The position numbers were made by a program, and so were the translations under genes. A DNA stretch of 64,000 bases from contig CADCHI010000007.1 of assembly GCA_902801165.1 (NCBI GenBank), positions 17,302 through 81,301 on the forward strand. Direction: 5' to 3'. Every line of letters begins with the position of its first letter. The stretch's first letter is position 1. The stretch is from an uncultured Eubacteriales bacterium. Lineage in GTDB: Bacteria; Bacillota; Clostridia; Christensenellales; Aristaeellaceae. The notes beneath the pieces were generated by a model, which had not been told where the DNA came from, did no database searches, and saw only the letters and a program-made list of their open reading frames with translations. Positions 43,054 through 53,015 of this stretch are shown in pieces.

Positions 43054-43695
43054 TTATTCGTTCTCGTCGCCCAGCTCGGCGCGGCGGCGGCGGATGTTCT
43101 TGCAGGCCTCGGTCATCTGGTCCTCCACGGACGCCAGCAGCTGGTAGGCGTCGTGCTGGGCCTTCAGCCGCATTTCGCTGGCCTCCACGCGGGCATCGTT
43201 CTTGATGATGCGGGCCTCCTCGCGGGCCTGGCGCATGATCTCACTCTCGTCGATCATGTGGTCGGCGCGCTCCTGGGCGTCCTCCAGAATGGCGCGGGCC
43301 TCGTTTTCAGCGTCCAGCACCCGCTGCTCGGCGTCCTCGCGGGCGCGCTCCAGCGCGGCGTTGACGCGCATCTCGGCAGAGCTGATGCGATTCATCGCCT
43401 TGGTTTCGGCTTCGGACATGATCCGCTCCTGCTCGGAATACATCTGCAGGCCGTACTGCACGGCGTCGGGCAGGTTCTTCTCCATGTCGTCAATAATCAT
43501 CAGGCACTTTTCCGCATCGATGAGTTTTTTGCCGGTCAGCGGCACGCTGGTGCCCGCGTTGATCGCCGCGCGGATGTGCTTGAGCAGTTCGAGGAAGTAA
43601 CGCATGTCGTTGACTTCATCGTTTTGCTGCGCCTGCGGGGCTTCGCTGTTCTCCAGCTCCTCATCCTCGTAGAACTTTTCCTGATCGCGATCCAT
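43054..43695 (-). CDS. Acidic coiled-coil protein, function unknown
   Basis: Glu/Arg/Ala-rich heptad-like sequence (ALERAREDAEQRVLDAENEARAILEDAQERA). RBS GGAAAGGAAGGG. Confidence 0.65.
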   Translation of the reverse strand: MDRDQEKFYEDEELENSEAPQAQQNDEVNDMRYFLELLKHIRAAINAGTSVPLTGKKLIDAEKCLMIIDDMEKNLPDAVQYGLQMYSEQERIMSEAETKAMNRISSAEMRVNAALERAREDAEQRVLDAENEARAILEDAQERADHMIDESEIMRQAREEARIIKNDARVEASEMRLKAQHDAYQLLASVEDQMTEACKNIRRRRAELGDENE

Positions 43696-43793
43696 CGTTT
43701 AGCCCTTCCTTTCCGCATCCGGCGGCGCCCGATGCAGCTTAGTCCAACCGGCCGAGCCGGTCCATCTGTTCATATGCGTTCACGCTGCGCGGC

Positions 43794-44354
43794 TCACTCC
43801 GCGCCGACCTCGACGAAATCCACCGCCGTGTCGCTGTAGAGGCGGGTATCGATCACCCTGAACGGCTCCGGCAGCACGGGCTGTGCCGACTTCAGCCGCT
43901 CCAGCACGATCAGGCAGCCCGGCGCGAGCATCTCCCCGGCGTGCAGCCGGCCCAGCGCGTCGCCATAGGCCTCCACCATCCTGTAGGGCGGGTCGAGGAA
44001 TACCAAGTCGAACAGCCTGCCCTCCATCGCGCCGATGGCGCTGCGATAATCCTGGCGGAGAATCTGAACCCGAAGCTCAAAATCCTCCTTCAGGACGCTG
44101 CGCGCGTTGCGGTCGATGACCTGCTGCGCGGCGCGGGAGCTGTCGACGATGACCGCGCAGTCCGCGCCCCGGCTGAGCGCCTCCAGTGCCAGCGCCCCCG
44201 TGCCGCCGAACAGATCCAGCACCCGGGCATCCAGCACCCGGGAACCGATGATGTTGAACAGCGACCCCCTGATCTTGTCGGAGGTGGGGCGCGTTTCGGA
44301 GCCTCCGGGCGCGTACAGCGTGCGCCCCTTGGCCTCTCCAGATATGATACGCAT
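43794..44354 (-). CDS. rsmD: 16S rRNA (guanine966-N2)-methyltransferase
   Basis: MRIISGEAKGR, TRPTSDKIRGSLFN, LDLFGGTGALALEALSRGA, FLDPPY. Confidence 0.9.
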   Translation of the reverse strand: MRIISGEAKGRTLYAPGGSETRPTSDKIRGSLFNIIGSRVLDARVLDLFGGTGALALEALSRGADCAVIVDSSRAAQQVIDRNARSVLKEDFELRVQILRQDYRSAIGAMEGRLFDLVFLDPPYRMVEAYGDALGRLHAGEMLAPGCLIVLERLKSAQPVLPEPFRVIDTRLYSDTAVDFVEVGAE

Positions 44355-44426
44355 AGCTTCACCTATGATATTGCCTTAATTGTATCATAATTGTGCAATA
44401 TTTGCAATCGGTTTTTCGAAAAAAAA

Positions 44427-45071
44427 TCAAATTTCAGGCTTTTGTGCCCGAGGGGCGCGCTTTTTGACCACGCGAGACTTCGCCTTGGCCCTGCGCTTGC
44501 CCTGGGCCATGGCCTGTTCGGACTTCGCCCACAGCTTCGGACCCTGCAGGTAGCCCGCGAACAGGCACCCCGGCAGCACAAAGGGTGAGATCATCAGCAC
44601 CGCGGCCACCACGCCGGTCAGCCGGTCGAAGGTGTTATACCAGGGCAGCACCACGGGCCAGTAGGGCGTCGCCAGCACCCAGGAGACGATCCGGGTGGGC
44701 AGCACCAGCGGCTCGATGTTCAGCAGGCTGCACAGGATGTACAGGCACCCGATGATGTAGGGCACCAGCGCGCAGGCGAACAGGCCCTTGAGCCCCTTGT
44801 TCACGCCCCAGGCCCGGTTGATCACCTTCTGGTCCAGCTGGCCGTGGGCGGGGCTTTTGGGGTCGGCGGCCTTCTCCACCGTCTGCAGCAGCCCGCAGGC
44901 GTTGTGGCCGAGGTCCATGCCCTGCCGGTAGGAGAAGAACATCGCCAGCGCCAGCGCGATCAGCCCCAGCACGATCCACGCCGTGTTGTTCAGGCTGAAC
45001 AGCGCCAGGTTCAGCAGCACCAGCAAAAACGTCGTCGTTGCGGTAGCCTTCCACATATCTCCTGTGCTCAT
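44427..45071 (-). CDS. Membrane protein with a Lys/Arg-rich C-terminus, function unknown
   Basis: About 5 TM helices. ATG at 45071 preceded by GGAGG at 8-nt spacing. Confidence 0.6.
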   Translation of the reverse strand: MSTGDMWKATATTTFLLVLLNLALFSLNNTAWIVLGLIALALAMFFSYRQGMDLGHNACGLLQTVEKAADPKSPAHGQLDQKVINRAWGVNKGLKGLFACALVPYIIGCLYILCSLLNIEPLVLPTRIVSWVLATPYWPVVLPWYNTFDRLTGVVAAVLMISPFVLPGCLFAGYLQGPKLWAKSEQAMAQGKRRAKAKSRVVKKRAPRAQKPEI

Positions 45072-45093
45072 ACCCAAATCCTCCAGATGCGGT

Positions 45094-46191
45094 TCAATCG
45101 ATCACTTCGACGGGCACCCGCGCGCCGAACCCCAGCATGATCTCGTAGGGGATGGTCTCGGCGCATGCCGCGAGCTCATCGGGCGTGATGCGCTCGTCGC
45201 CCTGCCTGCCCAGCAGGACGACCTCGTCCTCCAGGGACACGCCGGGGATGTCGGTGACGTCCGCCATGATCATGTCCATGCACACGCGGCCCACCAGCGG
45301 AGCCCGCCTGCCCTGCACCAGCACGCTGGCGCGGTTGCTCAAAAGCCTGGGGTAGCCGTCGCCGTAACCGATGGGCAGCGTCATGATGATGCGCTCGCCC
45401 GGCGCGGTCCAGGTCCGCCCGTAGCCCACGGTGTCCCCTGCGGCGATGCGCTGGATGCGCACGGGCCGGGTGACCAGCGTCTGGGCGCAGGTCAGCCTGC
45501 CCTCCAGCCGGGGCACGCAGCAGCCGTAGAGGCCGATGCCGGGGCGAACCATGTCATACTGCAATTCCGTCTCGAACATGGCGGAGGTGGCCGCCGCGTG
45601 GGCGATGGGCGAAAAGCCCGCCTCGCGCACCCGGGCCAGCGCCGCCTTGAAGCGCTCGTTCTGCAGCGCGGTGAAGGCCGGGTCGTCCTCGGCGGCGCAG
45701 AAGTGGGTGAAGATGCCCTCCATGTCCACGTGGGGGCAGCGCCGCCAGCAGGCCAGCATCGCCGCCAGGTCCTCTTCGTCCCGCACGCCGATGCGGGACA
45801 TGCCCGTGTCGATCTTCAAATGGGCCTTCGCGCGAACGCCGAGGCGCGCGGCCTCGTCATTCAGGATGTCCAACATGCCCGGGGTGTAGACGGCCTGGGA
45901 GACCTGTGCCCGCACGGCCTGGCGCAGCGATTCCTCGCAGCCGCCGCCCAGGATCAGGATCATGCCGTCGATGCCCGCCCGGCGCAGCTGCTCGGCCTCC
46001 TCGACCATGGCCACCGCGAAGGCGTCCGCCCCGGCAGCCTGCAGCTTCGAAGCCGTCTTCACCGCGTCGTGCCCGTAGGCGTCCGCCTTCACGACGCACA
46101 TCATCCGTACCTTTGCCGGAAGCAGCTCGCGCATGGCGCGGGCGTTGGCGGCAATCGCCTCAGTGGAAATCCTCAAAACCGTCGGTCGCAT
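45094..46191 (-). CDS. alr: Alanine racemase
   Basis: VVKADAYGHD (PLP lysine motif), FTHF, GYGDGYPR, VCMDM. Start at MRPTVL, preceded by GAGGAGG. Confidence 0.9.
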   Translation of the reverse strand: MRPTVLRISTEAIAANARAMRELLPAKVRMMCVVKADAYGHDAVKTASKLQAAGADAFAVAMVEEAEQLRRAGIDGMILILGGGCEESLRQAVRAQVSQAVYTPGMLDILNDEAARLGVRAKAHLKIDTGMSRIGVRDEEDLAAMLACWRRCPHVDMEGIFTHFCAAEDDPAFTALQNERFKAALARVREAGFSPIAHAAATSAMFETELQYDMVRPGIGLYGCCVPRLEGRLTCAQTLVTRPVRIQRIAAGDTVGYGRTWTAPGERIIMTLPIGYGDGYPRLLSNRASVLVQGRRAPLVGRVCMDMIMADVTDIPGVSLEDEVVLLGRQGDERITPDELAACAETIPYEIMLGFGARVPVEVID

Positions 46192-46328
46192 GGAGCCTCC
46201 TCGCCGCTCAGGGCTTCGGGAAACCGGCGGTTCTTCACCCGATTTCCCGTAATAATGGATATTATAGTCCATTTTTGCCCGAATTGCAACACGAATGTCC
46301 AATTGCGGTCATTTTTAATACTTGCGTA

Positions 46329-46357
46329 TTGCAAAAGCCCATGGGAATGTGTATACT
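46329..46357 (+). promoter_or_regulatory. Sigma-A type promoter of the YesL-like gene
   Basis: TTGCAA, 17-nt spacer, TATACT. Confidence 0.6.
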
Positions 46358-46399
46358 ATAATATAGTTGATTTTGCGCGTATCGCGACGGAGGTAACCC

Positions 46400-47332
46400 A
46401 TGGGCATTCGCAACCTGATGAACAACTACTTCTACGGCAAGCAGGGCAAGGGAGACTTCACCATTGAAAACCTCCCCCAGAACCGCCGCCAGCTCTTCGG
46501 CGAGGTGCTGAAGGTGCGCTGGAGCGCCATGTTCGGCGTCAACCTGCTGTACATGATCATCTGGATTCCCGCCATCATATGGACGTTCCTGAACGTCGTC
46601 ACCCTGTACAGCATGCTGACCGTCGAGACCGGGATCGACATGGACGGGGTCTCCAGCCTGATCGCCACCTACCTGCTGCTCATGGTGCCCTGCGTCACCA
46701 TCACCGGCCCCTTCAACGCGGGCGTCACCTACGTGCTGCGCAACTGGGCCCGGGACGAGCACAGCTTCGTGCTCAGCGACTTCAAGGACGCCGTGAAGGC
46801 CAACTGGAAGCAGTCGCTGGTGGTCGCGCTGATCGACGGCGCCATCCCCTTCCTGATGTACACCTGCTGGCGCTTCTACGGCGGCCTGCTGAGCCAGAGC
46901 TCGCTCTACCTGCTGCCCACGGCGCTGGTGCTGCTGGTGACCGTCGTCTGGTCGCTGGCCAGCATGCTCGCCTATCCGATGCTGATCACCTACGACCTGA
47001 AGCTGAAGGATGTCATCCGCAACTCCGTACTGTTGTCCCTCGCCAAGCTGCCCTTCTCGGTGCTGATCAAGCTGGCCACGCTGGTGCTGCCGGCCGCGGC
47101 CTTCGGCCTCATGCTGCTGATCCCCTCCATCCAGATGCACATCGTGATGGTGGTCGTGCTGCTCTACCTGCTGTTCATGGTGGCCTTCAACAAGCTGATC
47201 ACCGTCTCCTACGCCAACTGGCTGTGCGAGACCTACCTGAACCCCCGCATCGAAGGCGCGCGCACCAACATCGGTCTGCGCCCGGAGAACTGGGACGACG
47301 TGACCTACATCCCTGAGGACGACGAGGACTGA
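46400..47332 (+). CDS. YesL/DUF624 family membrane protein
   Basis: N-terminus NRRQLFGEVLKVRWSAMFGVNLLYMIIWIP, followed by multiple TM helices. Confidence 0.7.
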   Translation: MGIRNLMNNYFYGKQGKGDFTIENLPQNRRQLFGEVLKVRWSAMFGVNLLYMIIWIPAIIWTFLNVVTLYSMLTVETGIDMDGVSSLIATYLLLMVPCVTITGPFNAGVTYVLRNWARDEHSFVLSDFKDAVKANWKQSLVVALIDGAIPFLMYTCWRFYGGLLSQSSLYLLPTALVLLVTVVWSLASMLAYPMLITYDLKLKDVIRNSVLLSLAKLPFSVLIKLATLVLPAAAFGLMLLIPSIQMHIVMVVVLLYLLFMVAFNKLITVSYANWLCETYLNPRIEGARTNIGLRPENWDDVTYIPEDDED

Positions 47333-47379
47333 CCGCCCGCGTCCCCTCATCCTTGAAAACAATCCAACTCAAACCCTTC

Positions 47380-47421
47380 CGCCGCGGCTGCCGTCGGATA
47401 CGGCAGTCGCGGCGCTGTTAT
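47380..47421 (+). terminator. 15-bp hairpin after the YesL-like gene (weak U tract)
   Basis: CGCCGCGGCTGCCGT / ACGGCAGTCGCGGCG with one mismatch. Confidence 0.4.
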
Positions 47422-47438
47422 GAACTGGAGGAAAAGCC

Positions 47439-48659
47439 ATGCCCGCACGACCCGAGCTGCTCGCGCCCGCCGGAGACCTGGAGCGCCTGGATACCGCCCT
47501 GCGCTTCGGCGCGGATGCCGTCTACGTGGGCGGACCGCGCCTGCAGCTGCGCTCCGGCGGCGTGGGCTTCTCCATGGACGACCTCGCCGAAGCCGCCCGC
47601 CGCGCCCACCGGGCCGGCAGGAAGCTGTACGTCACCGTGAACGCCTTCCCCACCAACGACGAGCTGGACGCCCTGGGGGACTACGCCCAGGCCCTGCTCG
47701 GCGCGGGCGCGGACGCCGCCATCGTAGCGGATCTGGGGGCCATCTCCGTGATGCGCAAAGCCGCCCCGGCGCTGGACATCCACGTCAGCACCCAGGCGAA
47801 CTGCCTGAATCACGCCGCCGCCCGGGCCTATTGGGACATGGGCGCCACCCGCGTGGTGCTGGGCCGGGAGATGACGCTGGAGCAGATCGCCCAGCTGCGG
47901 GCCAAGACCCCCGCCGAGCTGGAGCTGGAGGCCTTCGTCCACGGGGCGATGTGCATGGCCTGGTCGGGCCGGTGCATGATCAGCGCCTTTTTGACGGGTC
48001 GCAGCGCCAACCAGGGTGCCTGCACCCAGTCCTGCCGCTGGCGCTACCACCTGGTGGAGGAGAAGCGCCCCGGCGAGTTCTTCCCCATCGAGGAGGACGA
48101 GCGGGGCACCACCCTGCTGAGCTCCTTCGACCTGAACTGCATCGACTTCCTGGACCAGATCATCGACGCGGGCGTGACCTCGCTGAAGATCGAGGGCCGC
48201 ATGAAGTCCCCCTTCTATGTGGCCGCCGTCACCAACGCCTACCGACGCCGCGTCGACGGCATCCTGAGCGGCAATACCGCGCCGGAGGACCTCGACGCGC
48301 TGCGCCGGGAGCTGGATTCCGTCAGCCACCGGGCCTATGCCTCCGGCTTCTACTTCGGCGAGATGAAGCGCCACGCGCCGGAGGACGGCGTCTACCTCCA
48401 GGACTGCGCCTTCGTGGGCGTGGTCAAACAGCGGCTGGAGGGCGGCCGCGTCCGGGTGGAGGTGCGCAACCCCATCCGGGAGGGCGACGCGCTGGAGGTG
48501 CTCTCCCCCCATAGCCTGGGGCTGCGCTTCCCCGCCGCCCGCATGACCGACACCGAGGGCCAGCCCATCGCTACCGCCTCGGTGCCGCTGTCGGTGTTCG
48601 ACGTAGACGCGCCGGAGGCCGTGGAGCCCGGCGACCTGCTGAGGCTCCGCCTGCGCTGA
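47439..48659 (+). CDS. Peptidase U32 family protein
   Basis: PELLAPAGDLERL...GADAVYVGG, HVSTQAN, and the Cys motif SANQGACTQSCRW. Confidence 0.85.
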   Translation: MPARPELLAPAGDLERLDTALRFGADAVYVGGPRLQLRSGGVGFSMDDLAEAARRAHRAGRKLYVTVNAFPTNDELDALGDYAQALLGAGADAAIVADLGAISVMRKAAPALDIHVSTQANCLNHAAARAYWDMGATRVVLGREMTLEQIAQLRAKTPAELELEAFVHGAMCMAWSGRCMISAFLTGRSANQGACTQSCRWRYHLVEEKRPGEFFPIEEDERGTTLLSSFDLNCIDFLDQIIDAGVTSLKIEGRMKSPFYVAAVTNAYRRRVDGILSGNTAPEDLDALRRELDSVSHRAYASGFYFGEMKRHAPEDGVYLQDCAFVGVVKQRLEGGRVRVEVRNPIREGDALEVLSPHSLGLRFPAARMTDTEGQPIATASVPLSVFDVDAPEAVEPGDLLRLRLR

Positions 48660-48762
48660 CACCTGCCGCGGCCAATCCCCGTGCGAACACGGTCGTTTGA
48701 TCCGGCACGCCTATCGCTGTTTCCCAGATAAGATTCCATCAAAGACGAAAGAGACCGAACGC

Positions 48763-49614
48763 ATGTCTAAGAAATCCAAGGCGGCGCGCGCCGCCGCGAA
48801 GCGCACGGGCCTGGGCCTGCTGGCCGTCGCGCTGCTGGCCGTGGGGCTGTACCTCTCCGGGGGCACCAAGGAATACCGCGGCGCCCAGGGCGTGGAGGCC
48901 CAGCTGGCCGAGAGCCGATCGCTGCTGGAGGCGATGGAGGCCCGGGAGCCCGTCGACCTGAACGCCGAATTGAAGCGGCGGCGGCGGGAACAGCTGGCCG
49001 CCCAAAACGGCATCCTGGTGGACGACCTCGCCGCCGAGCAGCAGAAGATCCTGGCCCTGACCGAATGGAGCGAGGCGGACCTGACCCGCTGGTTCGACAA
49101 CACCGCCATCATGGGCGACTCCATCGTCCGGCAGACCCGGCTGTTCCACTACCTGGACGCGCCGGTGTTCGCCGAGGGCGGCATCCACCTGTCCGTGGAG
49201 CTGGACATGCTGGACCAGGTGGAGGCCGCCGCCCCGTCGGTGATCTTCATGTGCTTCGGCATGAACGACGTGGGCGTGTTCGAGGAGCGGGTGGACCGCT
49301 ACATCGGCCGCTACTCCGCCTGCATCCGGCGGTTTCAAATCAGCATGCCGGAGGCGGTGATCTACGTGCAGGCCATACTGCCGGTCACCGACAAGGCCCT
49401 CAAGGACCACAGCGACTACCAGTACATCGACCTGTACAACGCGGAGATGGAGAAGATGTGCAAGGAGCTGGGGGCCTATTTCATCGACGCCAGCTTCATA
49501 CTGGAGGCCATGCCGGAGCTCTATGCGCCGGACGGCGTCCACCCCCGTCGGGAGTACTACCCGATGTGGCTGACCTATCTTGCCGACATTGCGGGGTTAT
49601 CCAATGAACAGTAA
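48763..49614 (+). CDS. SGNH/GDSL hydrolase family protein (membrane-anchored)
   Basis: TM anchor. Block I IMGDSIV, block III FGMNDVG, block V APDGVHP. Confidence 0.75.
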   Translation: MSKKSKAARAAAKRTGLGLLAVALLAVGLYLSGGTKEYRGAQGVEAQLAESRSLLEAMEAREPVDLNAELKRRRREQLAAQNGILVDDLAAEQQKILALTEWSEADLTRWFDNTAIMGDSIVRQTRLFHYLDAPVFAEGGIHLSVELDMLDQVEAAAPSVIFMCFGMNDVGVFEERVDRYIGRYSACIRRFQISMPEAVIYVQAILPVTDKALKDHSDYQYIDLYNAEMEKMCKELGAYFIDASFILEAMPELYAPDGVHPRREYYPMWLTYLADIAGLSNEQ

Positions 49615-50374
49615 TCACGTTGACCAGCGCCGCGCCGCCGGAACGAGCCGCCCGGTCGGAGCCGCGGGGCGAACCGTGCCGGCCCGGGGATCCTCCCCCG
49701 CCGCCGTCCGTTCCGCCGGCGCAAGCCGCCCGGCCCCCGTCCTGAACCGGGCGTCCGGGGCGCGCGCCTCGGCCCGGCCATCGAATAGAAGCGCGGCACA
49801 GGCTCCATCCAATGGCGCGGCCCGCGCAGGCGCAAGGCCCGCCGCGCGTCCGGCAAGTCGGCCCGCCGCCCTTGCCGGAAGGGGCTGGCTGACTGACCCC
49901 GACCATCGCTATTCCGCCCTCCGCTGGGCGCTGCTGGCCGCGCTGGTCGTCTACACGCTGCTGGTGGTGCGCTCCACCACGGCAAGGGACGTGGACTTCG
50001 GCGAAATCGCGTCCGCCATGGCCGCCGCGCCAGGCATCGGTAATCTGGAGGCCATCGACGCCAACGGCTTCCAGGACCGGCTGGGCATCGCGCCGGAGGA
50101 CTGCGAGGGCTGGCTGCTGTACGGCTCCGGCGACATCATGAACGTGTCCGAGCTGATGGTCGTCAAGGCCGCGGACGATGGCGCGCGGGAGCGCTTCGAG
50201 AGTGCCTGCGCCGCCCGGGTGGAGGCCCAGCTGAACGTCTTCCGCAGCTACGGTGTCGACCAGAAGGACCTGCTGGAGGACGCCATACTCTGGCAGCGGG
50301 GCAGCTATGTGTTCTATGGCGTATCGGAGAACGCGGACGCGTGGGAGGAGCTCTTCCTCTCCTGCATACGATAG
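49604..50374 (+). CDS. DUF4358-like membrane-anchored protein
   Basis: Arg/Ala/Pro-rich N-terminus, one TM helix, then a globular domain (SELMVVKAADDG...AILWQRGSYVFYGVSENAD). Start overlaps the end of the SGNH gene. Confidence 0.6.
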   Translation: MNSNHVDQRRAAGTSRPVGAAGRTVPARGSSPAAVRSAGASRPAPVLNRASGARASARPSNRSAAQAPSNGAARAGARPAARPASRPAALAGRGWLTDPDHRYSALRWALLAALVVYTLLVVRSTTARDVDFGEIASAMAAAPGIGNLEAIDANGFQDRLGIAPEDCEGWLLYGSGDIMNVSELMVVKAADDGARERFESACAARVEAQLNVFRSYGVDQKDLLEDAILWQRGSYVFYGVSENADAWEELFLSCIR

Positions 50375-50386
50375 AGGGGGCGGCCT

Positions 50387-51772
50387 ATGGTATTCAGCAG
50401 TCTGCACTTCCTCTTCATCTTCCTGCCGCTGGTGATGCTGCTGCACACGCTGCTGCCGAAGCGGCTGAAAAACCCGGTGCTTCTGGCGGCCAGCATCTAC
50501 TTCTATGCCTGGGGCGAGCCCGTGTATGTGGGGCTGATGCTGTTCAGCGTGGCCTTCAACTACCTGACGGGCCTGCAGCTGTCGGTGCGACACCGCCCCT
50601 CCGCCCGCCGCGCGGCCCTGGTTTCCGCCGTGGCCGTGAACCTGGCGGTGCTGGGCTTCTTCAAGTACGCCGGCTTCATCGTCGACACCCTCAACGGCCT
50701 GCTGGGGCTCCGCCTGGCCCGGAGGGAGCTGCCCCTGCCCATCGGCATCTCCTTCTACACCTTCCAGGCCCTGTCCTACGTCATCGACGTCTACCGGGGC
50801 AAGGCCAGGCCCCAGAAGCGCCTCGTGTCCTTCGCGGTATACATCACCATGTTCCCCCAGCTGGTGGCGGGCCCCATCGTCAAGTACACGGACATCGAGG
50901 CCCAGCTGGACGACCGCGGCGCGACCCTCGCCCAGGTGGGCCAGGGCCTGGAGCGGGTGATCCTGGGCCTTTCCAAGAAGGTGCTGCTGGCCAACAACCT
51001 GGGCCTGCTGTACGAGACCATCCAGGCAGCCCCCGCCCGCTCGGTCCTGACGGCCTGGCTGGGCGCGGCGGCCTACGCGCTGCAGATCTACTTCGACTTC
51101 AGCGGCTATTCGGACATGGCCATCGGCATGGGCCGCATGCTGGGGTTCACGTTCCTGGAGAACTTCGACTACCCCTACCTGTCCCGCAGCGTCACGGAGT
51201 TCTGGCGGCGCTGGCACATCTCCCTGTCCGGCTGGTTCCGGGACTACGTCTACATTCCCCTGGGCGGCAACCGGGTCGGCGCGGGTCGGCATATGCTGAA
51301 CCTGCTGACGGTGTGGCTGTTGACGGGCCTGTGGCACGGCGCGAGCTGGAACTTCGTGCTGTGGGGCCTATACTACGGCCTGCTGCTGATCCTGGAGAAA
51401 TACGCCACCGGCGCGCTGCTGGAACGCCTGCCCGCCTGGGCCGCCCGGGCCTGCACGCTGCTGCTGGTGACCCTCGGCTGGGTCATCTTCAGCAACACCG
51501 ACTTCTCCGCCATGGGCCGCTACCTGGGCAGCCTGTTCGGCATCGGCAGCGCGGGCTTCGCGGACGCCGCCTTCCTGTACCACCTGAAGAGCAACCTGGT
51601 GCTGCTGATCCTGTCCATCGCCTGCTGCGGCCAGGGCCTGCGCAAGTGGCAGGTGCGGCTGAGCGCCACCGTCCCCGTGGTCGGGTTGGCGCTGAACGCC
51701 GCGCTGCTGCTGGCCTGCGTGGCCTTCCTGGTGTACGGCTCCTACAACCCCTTCCTATACTTCCGGTTCTGA
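50387..51772 (+). CDS. MBOAT family O-acyltransferase (AlgI/DltB-like)
   Basis: MVFSSLHFLFIFLP, ISFYTFQALSYVIDVYRG, FWRRWHISLSGWFRDYVYIPLGGNR. Confidence 0.9.
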   Translation: MVFSSLHFLFIFLPLVMLLHTLLPKRLKNPVLLAASIYFYAWGEPVYVGLMLFSVAFNYLTGLQLSVRHRPSARRAALVSAVAVNLAVLGFFKYAGFIVDTLNGLLGLRLARRELPLPIGISFYTFQALSYVIDVYRGKARPQKRLVSFAVYITMFPQLVAGPIVKYTDIEAQLDDRGATLAQVGQGLERVILGLSKKVLLANNLGLLYETIQAAPARSVLTAWLGAAAYALQIYFDFSGYSDMAIGMGRMLGFTFLENFDYPYLSRSVTEFWRRWHISLSGWFRDYVYIPLGGNRVGAGRHMLNLLTVWLLTGLWHGASWNFVLWGLYYGLLLILEKYATGALLERLPAWAARACTLLLVTLGWVIFSNTDFSAMGRYLGSLFGIGSAGFADAAFLYHLKSNLVLLILSIACCGQGLRKWQVRLSATVPVVGLALNAALLLACVAFLVYGSYNPFLYFRF

Positions 51773-51782
51773 GGGACTTTGA

Positions 51783-52925
51783 ATGAAGAAAAAGCGACTG
51801 TTTTTCCTGCGGGCCACGGTCCTGCTGGTCCTCGCGCTGGTGCTGACGCTGGACGCAGCCTTCCTGCTGACGAAGGACCGCGCCTTCTCCCCCACGGAGA
51901 ACCGCAGCCTGCAGCAGCGGCCGACCCTGACGCTGGCGAGCGCGCTGTCCGGCCGGTATGAGGCCCGCTATGACGACTACATCAGCGACCAGTTTCCCTT
52001 CCGGGACGGCTGGGTGGCGCTGAAATCCGCCATGGACCGCCTGGCCGGGCGCACGGAGTCCGGCGGCGTGTTCCTGGGGCGGGACGGCAGCCTGATCCAG
52101 GACTTCGCCGAGCCCACCGGGGACAACTACGTCCAAACCCTCGCCGCCCTGAGGAGCTTTCTGACCCGCCACGGCGCCCTCGCCCAGTACGTGATGATCG
52201 TCCCCACGGCGCTGACCGCGCGCGCGGACGCCCTGCCCGCCTTCGCCGTCCACGGGGATGAATCCGGCTACCTGGACCGGCTGGCCCGGGATCTGGCGGA
52301 CACCCCTGCCCAGTGGATTGACCTGCGGCCCGCCTTCGCCGCCTCCGAAGCGCAGCTCTACTACCGCACCGACCACCACTGGACCACCGACGGGGCCTAT
52401 ATCGCCTACCTGGAGCTCTCGAAGGCCGCGAACCTCTCCGGCGCGGCCACGGCCTACGAGCGACATCTACTGTCCAACGACTTCAGCGGCACCCTCACCG
52501 CTGCCAGCGGCTTTAGAACCGGCCAGCGGGACGACCTGTACGCCTACCTGCCGCCGGACGACGGCGTCCAGACCGTGGTCACCTATGTGGGTGAGAACGC
52601 CCGGAGCGCCTCCCTCTACCGCGCGAAGCACCTGGACACCCGGGACCAGTACGCCGTGTTCCTGGACGGCAACCACCCGGAGATCAAAATCGAGACCACC
52701 GTGGACAACGGGCGGACGCTGCTGGTCCTGAAGGACTCCTACGCCAACTGCTTCATCCCCTTTCTGACCCGGGATTACGGCAAGATCATCGTCGTCGATC
52801 CCCGCTACTTCACCGGGGACCTGGAGGTGCTGATGGCCGCCGAGGGCATCAATGAGACGCTGATCCTCTACAACGCCACCACCCTCGCCGCCGACCAGGC
52901 CCTGCGCCTGGATATCGGGGAATAG
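51783..52925 (+). CDS. DHHW family protein (AlgJ/AlgX-like acyl-transfer partner)
   Basis: Signal anchor and YYRTDHHWTTDGAY (DHHW signature). Confidence 0.85.
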   Translation: MKKKRLFFLRATVLLVLALVLTLDAAFLLTKDRAFSPTENRSLQQRPTLTLASALSGRYEARYDDYISDQFPFRDGWVALKSAMDRLAGRTESGGVFLGRDGSLIQDFAEPTGDNYVQTLAALRSFLTRHGALAQYVMIVPTALTARADALPAFAVHGDESGYLDRLARDLADTPAQWIDLRPAFAASEAQLYYRTDHHWTTDGAYIAYLELSKAANLSGAATAYERHLLSNDFSGTLTAASGFRTGQRDDLYAYLPPDDGVQTVVTYVGENARSASLYRAKHLDTRDQYAVFLDGNHPEIKIETTVDNGRTLLVLKDSYANCFIPFLTRDYGKIIVVDPRYFTGDLEVLMAAEGINETLILYNATTLAADQALRLDIGE

Positions 52926-52951
52926 CCCTGGGCCTTGCAGCATCCATAGAA

Positions 52952-52994
52952 CAAGCACCATGTCGGCAAGTCCGACATGGTGCTTGGTTTTCTT
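52952..52994 (+). terminator. Intrinsic terminator after the O-acylation cluster
   Basis: CAAGCACCATGTCGG / CCGACATGGTGCTTG is a 15-bp stem, followed by GTTTTCTT. Confidence 0.7.
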
Positions 52995-53015
52995 CATGGG
53001 TTCTTCACAGCGGTC

